From assembly GCA_002633005.1 (NCBI GenBank), contig NMRA01000874.1:1-64000 (forward strand): DNA of 64,000 nucleotides, read 5' to 3'. A program made the translations under genes and the position numbers. Every line of letters starts with the position of its first letter. Positions within the stretch are counted from its first letter, which is position 1. Source of the stretch: Phoronis australis (taxonomy: Eukaryota > Animalia > Phoronida). Below are positions 26,341 to 40,000 of the stretch, in pieces. The notes below the pieces were generated by a model that was not told where the DNA came from, ran no database searches, and saw only the letters and a list, made by a program, of their open reading frames with translations.

Positions 26341-28276
26341 TTTACGAAAGATTTAGCTTTAAAACACACCACAGCGCCAACACAAATCACAAATGATGCG
26401 CGTTAACACAACTTGCAAAATGAAAAATCGGCATGAGTATGAACAGCGCCCTCTGTCCGACCACAATTTTACGACCTCCTTTACTGAAGAACCCAGAGAT
26501 GATTTGATAGACAAATCCCTGAACTACTCATGTTGAACAGGTGTTCGGATATATTCCTGGGAAGCCAACTTTGACTCGAAATGTGCCAGGGAAATACACA
26601 AAAACAAGAATCCTCAAGAGCAAGGACCGCTGTCTTTGCTTCATTTTAAATCAGATGGCTTCATGTTCTGCAGTAACATGAGACTTATAGTGCTGATGAG
26701 TGTGGAACGGGAAGGGTGAGTGTGGCCAAGGATAAACTCCAGAATGGTCGTTGAAGAAATATTCATGTTACACTTGTCAAACTCTCGCGATGGCCCCAGA
26801 TTCGTCGTGCAAGTCTCACTATATTGGAGACAGGACTTCTCAAAATATGTGAACACTGAGATATTTCAAATTTGCGACCAATAACTCGTGAAAAATTACA
26901 TCTTTAGAATTAGAAAAACATTTGATGTTGCCAAATTCGACACACTTCCGTTAAATTGTTGTAAAAAGTTACGTAACAGAGTTTATCGAGCATCCGTGGT
27001 GAATGTGGTGAAATGTTCTGGTTGTTAGCATGATTGCAGCGATTCTTATTCAGTCAGTGTTCACTTATTCCTTATTATTTGACTATAAAATGTACTGAAT
27101 CTTGTAATACAAAACGTTTTAGCAACGCGATAGATTGAAAATATATGCCGCTAATTATAATGTCCTTGTTTCGTATCAATTTTCAAACAGTTGGTTACAA
27201 ATCTCGAAATTCTGACTTACTTTCTAGAAATTTCAAAAATTATTTTGAAAAGATTTTCTCACGATTTTGAGAATATAAAAAATCAAATCAAGCTCATCTT
27301 TAAGTGTCCTAGATAGGCCACCGTACAATATGAACTTAATAAAAACTTCATCATTGTTGCTAGGGCCCATAAAACATATAACGTGAGCTTATATTAGGCC
27401 ATTCATTCGCCTGCGTATGAAGACGCGTCCCGGGGGTGATTCCACTCTATTTGTTACAAAAACTATCAAGTAGTCCAGCATCCGTTTATTTTTATCTACA
27501 CGACTCGTTGTCTACCTTTTTGTCCTGTTATGGTGAAGATACCACAGAGCCTCTCCCGGCCGCTCTAGGTAGACTTTGTGATTTCCACAGTATTTGGGCG
27601 TAACAGAAGTGACAAATCGAATCACTGAGCCACGTAATCCTTCTCCCAGGCCGGATAACACTCCAAAGATCAACAAGAAAATTTTTGAAATATATCAAGT
27701 GTTTTCAATTCAGTATTAGTTATTGAGGATAGACATGCGGAGGAAGCCTTAGGGAGGCCGGGGAGGAATGGAGCCGGGAGAGAGAAAGAGAACACTCCAT
27801 CTAAGACAAGTGCACACGGCGCTTTAATTAAAGGGGAAGCACCCGTTTTGATGTCACCTTTAGTCAAAACACAGATTCTGATTTATCGTGGACAGACATT
27901 TTTCCAATTTAGCTACTGGAGGTTTGACGTGTAAGGTTTACTAGGGGTTTAAAGGGCCACATATGAATTGCTACGTGCCTTGAATGCAAATGACCTCAGT
28001 CTGCTTAAAGTTCACGTCTGCGGCAAATTGAATTGTGAGGATTTTGCCATGCGAGGCGATGAGGCGGACGTCGCCCTTGTTGGCTTTCTACTAAACCTGG
28101 CGTGTGGTGTAAAGGCCCCGGCCACAGCATGCTGGTGAGTAGAGCTAGGTGATTAACAAATCTTTGGCACTGGGCCAATGAAAATTATTGCAATAACCCT
28201 ATAACAAGAAATCGCTCTCGCTGGCTTATTGTTATCGTCATTTTTAATCATATCTGTTAATAGACCACAACCGCCG

Positions 28277-28442
28277 GGCGTGCGTTCAGTAACGCTAGGA
28301 CCTACGCTAGGACCTACGCTAGGACCTAGCTAAAATCTAGCCAAGCGGCCACATGATCTCATTAAAATACACGACAATATCTCGTGTAATCTCGCGAAGT
28401 CTTGCTTTTTAGCGAGGTCCTAGCCTTAGTGAACGGGAGGCG
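28277..28442. mobile_element. Small MITE with internal GCTAGGACCTAC repeats
   Basis: CGTTCAGTAACGCTAGGACCT vs AGGTCCTAGCCTTAGTGAACG inverted ends; a 12-bp unit x3 in the left arm. Confidence 0.55.
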
Positions 28443-29028
28443 TGTCTTTTTAAGGACGCCAGCTCATCTCTGAGCTTCTCGTGTGCGCTCGCCAAACGGT
28501 TCTTCACAAGGCCCTCACCGTGGTTACGCGTTCATTTCCATCGAGCAGACGCGAATGACCGACACAGGCTGTGTTCAACATAGGAATCAGTAAGGTTTAA
28601 TAGCTGATTGGTAGAACATGATTATGTTTGCTCAAATGGAAAAGAACGTAGAACCATGCAAGGTGCGGAGCCTTTTGCCGAGTCGTCCACGTCAAATTCA
28701 ATGGGAGTCCCATGGATAATACTCACTAAGGGGACAGTAATTAACACAGAAGACTTCCATATAACCAGTAATCTTTATTTTTAATAAACGTAACACCAAA
28801 AACAGTTGGTTTCTTCTTTTTAGTAAAATTTTGGGGCGAGACAACACCGGCACCTGTTCCAGCCCTGGAAATCGTACCTCCCCCCCTCCGGTTTGGCACC
28901 CGGAGTTAGGGTTGGGTATCCGGCTGACACAGTTTGTAATTAGTCCTGCACTTTTCTTTTCCTTTCTCTCCCTTCGTGCGTCCCTGCGGATGGGCATGAG
29001 CTGTCTTACAACATCTCTTGTGGCGCTT

Positions 29029-29828
29029 TTTATTGCCCATCTTACCAGAGACTACCTATTATACCGGTTATTTACGTGTATTCATTATATTGTAATTGTA
29101 TCAGTCATAATAAATGACCTTATATCGCGCCTACCTCGGTCTCCTTTTCATCTCTGTTAACGAGCTTGCGACGCACGTATCATTTATCTTTATTCGTGAC
29201 ATATGTCGATCATAAATGGTATTTCACTCGTTAATATTTATGTGAGCATATGGACTCGTCTTACTCCTTCTCCCCCTCATCTAGGTCTATTCCATTATTC
29301 CTTTGTGCAGGACTACACGTCGTTTCCCAGCCTTCGCAGTGGTCTGCTGTTATCACGTGCCTCGAGTTTGGTCAGCTCTTGGCTCTTATAGGCTGACGAT
29401 TGTCACGTGTCTTTAGGGGCGTTTTTCTTTGTTATTGTAACCTCTCTTTCAGTTCACCTTGTTCCGGCCACATTGTCGTTCGTCAAAAATCATTCAATTT
29501 TCCCACCCTCTTCCTCCCAGTTTTCGTCATTCTCTCGTACTTCCACGTGGCCGGCGCTTAATATTGCCCATCTTACCAGAGATTACCTATTATACGTTAT
29601 TTACCTGTATCAATTATATTGTAATTCTATTAGTCATAATAAACGCTTTTTATTGCCAATCTTACCAGAGATTACCTATTATACGTTATTTACCTGTATT
29701 CATTATATTGTAATTGTATTAGTATAAATGACCTTATATCGCCTACCTCGGTCTCCTTGTCATCTCTGGTAACGAGCTTGCGACGCACGTATCATTTATC
29801 TTTATTCGGGACATATGTCGATCATAAA
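29029..29828. repeat. Local direct duplication (~185 bp x2 plus a partial ~85-bp copy)
   Basis: 29029-29217 matches 29648-29828; its first ~85 bp also occur at 29563-29645. Confidence 0.9.
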
Positions 29829-31455
29829 ATTTTGTAATGACCTTCAGTGTTTGAGTTGATATTTTGGCAACACACATTTAGGAATTACTATCTAATCCGC
29901 ATACCTGTGGCTTTTTAACGACGGAGGCTATTTATTAGTCTGAATATAAAACGTTCAGATAAATTACGTTCCATTAGATATGAAATAATCTGAGACTGTT
30001 ACTTCTTATGAATGTAACATATTATCAACTTACCGTGATAAGCAAACTTCAATCGCTTCTTTAATTGTACATTTGTCAGCCCTGTTGTTTTGCTAAAAGT
30101 TTTGGTAAAAATCGCTCAACCTACGTCATGACTTGGACTTAAATCGATTTCTGATAAAATAACATTAAAAACATGTCACAGTAAATATTGAATAAACCGC
30201 TAAAATATGAGGAGTGACACCTCCACATACCAATATGGTTTGAGTTATGTCCATTGTCCACTGATTGTCATTTTGCCAAATTGTCCTGAATATTCTGACA
30301 AATGAGACTTCCAGATTACTTTACCGAGGAAAAGTAGAGTTAGATCCTGTCGTAAACATCATCACGTGTCTCGCAATACTGTATTATGAGCAATCTTTCC
30401 ATGGGGAAACTTTCTCCAAACTCAGAGTTCTAAATACTACGAAACCTGCAACAACTGTTTACGCCAGAGAATATCTGCAGAACTGGGTGACAGTTTCTGT
30501 TACTTACTACGTCACTGGTGACGTATTTTTGTAGAAATGTCATCGTTTACGTTCTCATCCGTTATTTAGATATGATAATGAAACCACAAATGAACAAAAA
30601 AAATGACAGACCCAACTTTATCTCCTCCATTTTGGCAAGAAATATGAATTTTACTGCTCCTATGGAACCATCTCGACAATTTCACTGCTACCCAACAAAG
30701 CGGAGCTGCTGTGTAGGGGCTTTTGTAAAAATAGCTTTTCATAGCATTTTGGTACCTTAAAATTATCTTACGTCATTGGAAGTTAATTTTAATTAATTTC
30801 GTTAGAGATTAGCGTAGTACTCTTCCAACATTCGGCCATTATAAACAAAACATCAAACTTTAACCTCTCTAAAATAGCGTATGAGCTCCTTACATAGAAC
30901 CTGAAACAAAATAGTCCTCGGAGAGTTTGTAGTCTCACGGAAGGGAATCTTTGTGTAAAGAGGATACCGGTTGTATTCTAACGCACGGAATTGTTGTGGG
31001 GAGCGTTTATTTAGCAGTGCTTCAGGCTTGCGACGCTTTTATAGGTCCCAGTACCCCGTGCTGCTGTAGGACGTAAAGTGTGGACGTAATAATTCATAAA
31101 ACAGTTTTACGTATTATTTATTGTTTTCAATATATAAGAGGACGTTAAAGCCAACATTTTCGTCTTCTCTATACGAAACAATTCAGGGAAAACACGAAAC
31201 ACCAACAGCATTATTTGTTCCGCATACGGTTGCCAGAAAGCATTTGAGGACAAACAAAATTTAATGTTTTACGCAGCAACTGTAATTGACGTTTCTCTCC
31301 GTCGTTAGTTCAACTTTTGAATGGGATTAGGATTTGTCAACTTTAATCGCCTTACCTCAGACACATAGCGAGATAATCCCATAAAACAGCTGTTTCATGT
31401 GTGCCCAATAGTACTTCGACCACTCTTTATTTCGTTTACGTCTCACTGTACAGCA

Positions 31456-34400
31456 ATGACGCTTTACTGCATTTTGGTGTTTCTGGCGTTTGCCTCCTCA
31501 GCGCTGGCGATGCTGCAGGCGCCGTCGTGCCCAAGTCAACAAGTCATATTCAGCAATTACCGATATTTTGCAGCGACAACGAAAGACAACACTGGGACTA
31601 CGGAGAAAAGAAGGGATGTGGTAAGTTCGAACAAGAATTGGACTTATCAAAAATGTTTGTAAACTTAATAAGCGCTTATTAAGACCTAAGTGTTTATTTC
31701 ATTAGTAGCTTGAGTGCGAGAGCAGTGTGTCCGCCGCCTACAGACAAGACCAAAAATAAACGATGATGGCATGCCGTTTTCAGGGCTTAAGCAGACATTT
31801 TTCTTTCGAAATCTGTGATTTGGTCCGCCTTTCACGACATCCTAGATATACTATTGCGCCCATATAAAAAACAATTCATTTTTTCAAAAATTGGTACTTG
31901 CATGTTTCACATATTGGGGCATGCCCCAATTTTACTTATTAGGCGCAAGATGTTCTATTCGTGTGTTTTTGTCCGTAGTAACTTTCATTTGGTTAGCTTG
32001 TGTCTCTGAAACACGCGCATAAATTTTTAGTTATTATCATACATTAGCTAAGATAAAATCCCTTAAACCTTCACTGAAAACCTAACAATACTCTGCAATA
32101 TGCATTAGCTGTCAAATGTTTAAAGCACGTTTGAAAACTCCCGCTAAAATGACATGCAAGGCTAATGTTTTGTTCAAAATGTTCGGGAAACGGCTCTCTT
32201 TGAACTCCAGGATGCACTCAGTGACGCAATGACACTGATTCGCCTTTTTGTTCCTTCGTCTCACAAAAGGTAGGTGACACCAGAAATTCAGAAACTGAAA
32301 TCAACAAAACAGGATTTCCGTTTAATGCCAGTTAAAGTGCTTGCTTGTAACACAAAAACTATAGAATTTGATCCTTTTAGTAAGCACGCAAAAGGTATTA
32401 AGTTAAAACCTTAGTAGAACAAAAAAATCAGGAGCCCATGTTCATTGCAGCACCTCTTTGTGGCCATTCTGTGGAAGGGCGTTTCCGGATGACATCTAGA
32501 GAACAGATCGGCGGAATTTAATGAAACTTGATCCAGCAGTATGTGGTGTCATTGCGAAGACTTTAGTTGACGAGGAAATCCAAGGTCTTGAGACATTTCA
32601 AATCTCAAGCGGCACATCTATTTCCCCACGAAATTATTAAGAGCATGTTTCTTACTTCTTGAAAACGCAGCTACGAACTCGCCTTCTGTAAAACAGCTTT
32701 TAATTTAGACCACGTTTTGCTACAAAATTGGTCCCAACTTGTTGCTTCCTCAGAATTTTAGAATTGTTTTCTGGGCCTAGTGAGGACCGATAGTTCGTTA
32801 TCGCTCGAGGCCGCGCCTACCCTGTTTAGCGGGCTAAAAACGAAAACAGAATTGGGGCATTTTACTGTCATAATATGGGTCTCATAATATTCCTTAGGGC
32901 GACAGGATTCTGTTTTCGCTACCAACAAGTATATCTAAACCATCAAAGACTCTAGAAAACGCAGAAGAGTTTATTGACGTACGTTGGTCAAGAAAGTGGC
33001 CCTGCGCTAAGTTATTACCAGTCGATGCTACAAAATCTGTATCAATCTTAAAGTCGACTGGGATTCTACTGCAGTACATACCACGGGGAAATTGTTGCCA
33101 AAGGCAGCTCAAGCAATATTTTACAGTGGTTTTAAGTCTTCATAATTTATTCTTTGTAACCATTACCATGTCGCATATTTATCTAGTCTATGAATTCACA
33201 TTTCACTATCTGCATTATAAATTTTAATTAAATCTTGTACGTTTTAAAAACGCCATTTTTTTCACTAATGAAAACCCATCAGACTGGGATTTATCATGAC
33301 GTACCCGAATGGAATAGACTCCGCTTATTCCATTTTTGATGAAGACAGTAAGTTGTGTATTGCTGTTACAACAGCGATAAGTATAAAAACTTACCGACTG
33401 GGTATTGTGTACCTCTGATCAAAATGCTTGGAATCATTGAGATAACTCGGTCAATATAGTTACCTCTTTCTTAAAAAATATTAATAAAATAGTGTGAATA
33501 TCTCATCAGCGCTTAAAATCAATTGTTAAAAATGCTTTATACGGACTATTTTGTCTTCCGGTTGTTAAGTAATGCGCGGCATTTCGTCTTTCTTTGAAGT
33601 GTCCGGGTGCGTCTCCCAAAACGCAGAACTGAATCAGAATTACGAAGAGCTAATGCAAGAAAATCCTGAATAAACTGACACAGAACAAAGAGTGGAGACA
33701 GAAGTTTGTATCTGAAGTCCTATTTTAGTTGAATTAATACGGGAACAATTACTCAGCAATGATTCCAAACATGATGTCCACGACCCCTTGGTTGACTTTC
33801 GAGGCCCATTTAATTCATCAGTGAGCAAGTTCTTATAATCATTGGGAAAATAAATAGATACACAAATAAATATTTCAGTCATGTTATGACACTGCACGAC
33901 CGCACGAGTGGGCTGAGGGTGACGAATGCACGTCCGGTTGGATGGCAAAGGAGCTGGAAAATAACTTCAGCACCATGGACCCGGTAGGGTACATCGCCTG
34001 GGTTCGCAGCACTTTGAAATGTAAGATGGTGCCATGTTTGTGTTTCAATGGATTAGATTGTAAGGTAAGTTTTGTAATCCCTTCACGCAATAAAAAGCCA
34101 ATATGTCGGGTGGGAAAGACAGTGGTTCCTGTGCAGTCCACCAGGTTTGCTTGCTTCACCCACCTATGGATGTAAGAGAGACCACCGTATGGGGTTGATT
34201 TCGCCGACACACTGTCATGAAATTACACATCTGTATACAGACAAAGGCGGCAAATTTTAAGAAAGCTTTTAAACGTATACCAAGTACATGTATGATGAAT
34301 ATTACGAAAATAACTTTGTTCAGAGGTATAACGGCTGAATTGGAAAGTATAACTTGTAAAAGTATTGTTTAATTCAGAACAACTGTGCAAGTTTCACTAA

Positions 34401-35370
34401 AAACGTACCTAATATTAGAAACACTCTAAAAGATTTCAACTTCAGATTAGTTTCTTTCAGACATGTACATCATCTCGCTTGATTGAACTTGGAACGATTG
34501 AGTTTCAAATGCCTGTTTATATTTTCTCCATTCGTAAAATCCTTTCTTCCGAGAATTCATGATGCATACAGTGATAAAGCATGAGAATTCCTCAAACTCG
34601 AAATATTTTGTTAAAAGGATACTAAACCCATGTTTTGGAGATTTCAACCAATCCTTGTTCTGTTTCATGCTAATCACATATTTCAACCAATCCTTGTTCT
34701 GTTGCATGCTAATCACATATTTCAACCAATCCTTATTCTGTTGCATGCTAATCACATATTTCAACCAATCCTTGTTCTGTTGCATGCTAATCACATATTT
34801 CAACCAATCCTTGTTCTGTTGCAAGCTAATCACATATTTCAACCAATCCTTGTTCTGTTGCAAGCTAATCACATATTTCAACCAATCCTTGTTCTGTTGC
34901 ATGCTAATCACATCGTCATGAGAATTGGCATCTAACTTGAGTCATAAAAACAGGATTCAACTAAAAACTCATACTCTCTGAGTCACAAATTGTATCAGCG
35001 CGTTTTGTGGTTCTTGGTGGAAGTCTTTCCCTAAGGTTGGTCGTGTAATTCACCTAAAGCGTAAGTCACGCTTTCCAGATTTTGTGGGGAGTTTTCAAAT
35101 TTTGTTCCCCTCAAACTTTTGAGGATTGTCGAGGGGTAGAGCATTATTTTGTTTCAGAGAACTGAATGGAAAGTATTTTTGACATCTTTTAATAGGCCAA
35201 AACCGAGTTTGGTATCCTTTTAAATTGCTACTGCATGTTTATTGAGTAAAATAACTTATGTAACACGTGGACTTTTGTTTGGTCAGGCGGAAGTAGACGA
35301 TCAACTGAAGACATTGTACCACAGATGTCGGGGTAAGGGAGTGGTTGAGAAAGAGCCGCTGCTTCCATGA
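31456..35370 (+). CDS. Putative orphan secreted Cys-rich protein (spliced model, ~144 aa; may instead be a disrupted longer gene)
   Basis: Exon 31456-31620 (acceptor TACAG ends 31453; MTLYCILVFLAFASSALA signal-peptide-like; donor GTAAGT), exon 33879-34064 (TTTCAG / AAG|GTAAGT; SCYDTARPHEW..PCLCFNGLDCK), exon 35287-35370 (GTCAG; AEVDDQ..PLLP*), all phase 0; AATAAA at 35467. No recognised family. Confidence 0.45.
34641..34913. repeat. 39-bp minisatellite, 7 copies
   Basis: ATTTCAACCAATCCTTGTTCTGTTGCATGCTAATCACAT. Confidence 0.97.
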
Positions 35371-36583
35371 ACCCATCAGGAAAAAGACCACGTGACCAAA
35401 TCTGCAAATGGAGTTTTGAGCAACTTACGCTCTGATTTAAGTTTCTATTTGAAACTGTGAGAGCACAATAAATGATGATCAGATGTTTTTACTTTGTTTT
35501 TGTTAAACTCATGGTCACGTCATATCGTGTGGTTTGGTAGGATATCTCCATCACGGTATATATCGTTGGGAAACTGGTTCACCTTCTACCGGTAATGACT
35601 AAAGAGAATTTATCGATGAAACTTGCGGTATAGCATGAAAGCAAGATGAAACAATCCTGGAATATTTAATGTAATAATGAAGAAAATTCGGTCGCAACGG
35701 TGTATATACAAAGGTCTCTAGTATATATGCTTGAGTTCACCCCATCCCGTGCAAAGCAAAAAGCGTGACCACACGTGTCACTGGGGGTCCTGATTATGCA
35801 GCGCTATGTTGTTACTTGCGTTGGTTGTCAGTGATAGGTTTAGTTTGTGATCTAGGACCAATATGTATATTACTCACAGGCAATGATGGAGTGGATCTGT
35901 CATTTATCTGTTTATGAGTTTACAAGGTAAGCTTAGGGAAATCTTGGTCCCTATTTTGAAATCACTCTCCAGATTTTCGATCCAGTGGGATATGGCCACA
36001 GAGTAACAGAAGTGGATAATATTGTAACCCAATATTAAAAGGCCACCCTTATTATAACGTTTGGTTTTCGTCGCCCTAACCTCAGGTTATTTCACAGCAA
36101 AAACGGCAAAGGAAACTTACGATCATTCTAAAAAGACATTAGCCTATCACTACAATAACAAAGAAGGAATTCTCCAATGAGCTGTCAATTCTTCCAAAAA
36201 TAGAGAGATTGGCTGTGTTGACTTAATTAGAGGCTGGACAGCGGGAAGAGTTTATTTAATGATGATGGTTGACAATAGAGGGGGTGAGGGGTAAAAAGGT
36301 AAAACATGGCAAATGTTGGACAATGTAATGTGTGAATGCTCCCTACATGAAACATTTTTTTGACAAATAGTTTCAAAGACCAAATAGTTCCTGTTAAATT
36401 TATTTCCAACAGATTGCCCCTAATGCAAAGATAACTTTGTCACGATCATTTATGAGAATCCACCCAAACGAATTCCAGATGTAAAGTAGAAAACTGTATT
36501 CCAAATAAAGATGTCAACAGTACAAAAATAACAATATGTACAACATTTCAAAAACTAACTACTACACCTATATACACCCAAAT

Positions 36584-36747
36584 GTAGATGTCATGCATCC
36601 AGCTTAAACTTCTCAGGTAGATGTCATGCATACAGCTTAAACTTCTCAGGTAGATGTCATGCATCCAGCTTAAACTTCTCAGGTAGATGTCATGCATACA
36701 GCTTAAACTTCTCAGGTAGATGTCATGCATACAGCTTAAACTTCTCA
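36584..36747. repeat. 33-bp minisatellite, 5 copies, in the probable CXXC1 3' UTR
   Basis: GTAGATGTCATGCAT(C/A)CAGCTTAAACTTCTCAG. Confidence 0.95.
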
Positions 36748-37008
36748 CGTTTCAGTCATTCTGCAGTTGACACATACCACATCATTGATTTTTCAATCAA
36801 ATTATATTTGATAACATGTTGCAATGTGTTTTCCCAGCCAAGTATATTATAATAATTGCCATCTGTGACACTGAATAGCTCACTGAAACACTTTGTGATG
36901 TCACCAGTTGTCATGACTTCATACACGCTTCATCCAATCAACTGCTGTATTTAGGTCCAAAGTTCATGTGTGATGATTGACGAGGTCATGGCCCCACATA
37001 CCGTCCAA

Positions 37009-40000
37009 TCAAGAGACAGTGATGGGGTTCATGGGGTCATGATCAACAGTCTGATGTAACAACAGACCCACCACACCAGCTCTGTTGTACATTGCTTGAC
37101 GTATGCTGCGCTCTTTTTCAAATAATTCATCTAACTTCAACCACTACAACGAGAACAAACATTTGAGACAAATACCTTGTGGAAAAATAACAATGAAAGC
37201 TAATTGAATTTTCTTTCATTTTAAGGTTTGTGTAGGATCCTCAAAATGTGGCCAAATTCGGAACATCATATCTCAGAAACGGCTAATTGGATTCACATGA
37301 AACTGTCAGACATCATACTTTAGGCAAGTGCCGTTCTCCAATACGCTGACAGGAATTGTTTTTAAAATTGACCACTTTTGCGCGAGCGATTATCAAAAAA
37401 GAACTTTTATAACTTTTATGAAAAAACTCAAAAGTGGCATCAAATGAAAACTAAATGATAATTGTGGTAGTGTTTGCTGCCGATGCCAGAGCAGTGTTTG
37501 CCATCTGTGAGCGTCAACTGCAGCATTTGTCAATGGATGCAAATCTGTGAGCAGTGTATTGTAAGTGCGGCACAGATTTGTGAGTCACTGAACTGAGGTT
37601 ATAGACCTCTGAGCCATGTTCATGAGAGAAGCATTATGTTCATAACAGTGGGGGCCGTGTTGTCTGGGAGCCTGGTATGAGTTTTCGTATCAATACTCCC
37701 ATGTGTATTTCAATACGTGCCAGACCGTCTTACCTGGCGTACTCTTTCCATGTCTATTTCCGCTCTCCTCAGCTTCAGCCAACAGTAATGTTTGTGGCAC
37801 TTTTTCCTGGCCACTCTACAGAGGTCGCTAGTGTCTGTAAACAGATTTGACACCAGAGGGCAGCCACACACCTCCTTATCTGATATCTGCAAAAGTTCAG
37901 AAAGCACTCAGTCTGACAGAATTTTGACATGTCATTGAAAGAACTATTTCCTAATCACAGTTTTTTCGAGTTATTCAAACACTATTATTAATAACAAACA
38001 CATCTGCCAATTAATGTTTTAGCACGTGTAGATAAGTTTACACCCCCATGCACTTGTATGTGAAACAGTGCACATACCTGAATTTAGAATACATACGTTG
38101 AAGAAACACCAGTCAAGTGAAACCAAGGAGTAAGTTTATACACTGTAAATAGCATGTTAGTGAACGGACTTGTTACAAAAGAGTATAACGGTAAAAATTC
38201 TTCAGTTTGGGACACTAAATGAGGGACAGGTGATATTTCATTTTGTTAAATTTCTCAAAAAATTACTTTTTAGGAAAACTTACTTTGCTTTTAGCACGGT
38301 TGGCATGGAATAGCTAAAAGCAAATAACATTAGGTAACATTTTGAGCATTTGTAATAACGTGTTAAGTCTCTGAAAAATAGAAATATGGAAATTTCAGCA
38401 ATTATTTTTGTGCCAAATTGAAGAATTTTCACGATAAATTTCGGTGAGTTTTCAATTTAAGACCTAAAGTACCAAGGGCAATATACAGCAAAAACATAGT
38501 TTTATACATGGGTATGTATTGATTCAACTTATGGCAGAAATGAAGCGCAAGGACATGTGCCTATGTGTTAATGTATGAAGCACAATATATCCTTGAACAT
38601 TCACACACAGTAACAGTGACAACAGGAACAACAATTTATATAATTATGCATGAATTGATAGCAGCACTGTACTCTGATCGTGCATAATCAGGTTGTAGTA
38701 GCCAAGATTGCGTAAAAAGTCCAACACAGGTACCTTGGGTTCCTTGCAATGCTCTGGACACAGCACCTTCAGGCGTTTACAATAAGTCTTATACTGAGGG
38801 TTGTAGTAGTCACAGAACATGGGGCTTCCTTCAATCCTAGTCTTGAAGATAGATCCAAACGAGGTCTGACTCTCATACTGCAGGACAACATAAGAAGTTA
38901 GTGAGGCAGACGCATTTTAAAAAGAAGTGTCCTATGAGACCAAAACAGAATGAGTTGGTTTCAGTCTAAGAATTTTTACTTTATCAACACAGCAGTCAAA
39001 TTTGACCACCGACAACCATATTGACAGACTACAACCAGAGAAGAGAGAGACTTATGCAATATCCTTCCTCCTCTCTAGCTGGTATGCATTTCCTCGGGTG
39101 TGAACAAATGATTTCCCATAATCCACTGCGCATATGGCATTTCCGTCTTCATGTAAAAAGGAAAATGCCAGACAGTGTCCTACAAAAATCTTAATATGTC
39201 ACAAACATTTTTAAGTATGTTCAGTATTCCACCAGTGGTCACATCACGTGACCTAATGAATGCAAGTCCGAAAAGATTTCTGCCCCAACCGGATCTCAAA
39301 CCTGGGACCAACAGGTGGCGTGCAGACCAGACTTAGAAATGTTTACGACATACCTTTGCACACCAGCATAAGATTTATATATTTATAAATTCTAATATGC
39401 TTAAACACTATATAGCGTGCCCTGGTTCGACGGAGACACATTGCCTCTACCAACAGGTTTGTGATGACAAAAAGTATAAAGACTGATATCAAATTGGCCT
39501 TATGTCAACATAACGCAAACCCGTTATGACCAGTTCATGTTGTTATACATTGTCAGATATTAAGATATCACATAACTGACAATTTATCCCATCAGAAAAC
39601 TAATCTCTCCTGTGTAAAAATCGTTAAAGAAAGTTCGTAAACAAGGCAGTTCGTAGTTTCTGTAAAACGTAAATGAGATTAGCGTAAAGGGCGACATTGC
39701 TTGAATAACGTCAAAAGTAGAATACGTCCAACCAGACGCTAGTATTAGATACCTTTACAAAACAAGAATACATCCGAGACACAATTTTGTAATACCTTTA
39801 CAAAACAAGAATACATCCGAGACACAACTTTGTAATACCTTTACAAAGCAAGAGTNATCATCCTGCACAGTGAGTGTCCGCGCTCGCTCCACAAGACGAT
39901 CCAGGTCAGCGTGCTTCAAATCCAATTCTCCCAACTTCTGCCTAGCCTCCAACTGATGACCTCGGATGACCTCAAGTGTCTTCTTATTGTTTTCTTCTGC

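Noticed and set aside
32451-34064. Assigning the orphan gene to galactosyltransferase, ADP-ribosyl cyclase or secreted deaminase families
   Set aside because: Only scattered short motif resemblances, with wrong spacing and no complete catalytic motif; a profile search is needed.
34447-34935. Repetitive-peptide ORFs (QQNKDWLKYVISM etc.), and similar ones at 5-259, 52160-52554 and 60594-60999
   Set aside because: Translations of minisatellites on both strands, with no splice or homology support.
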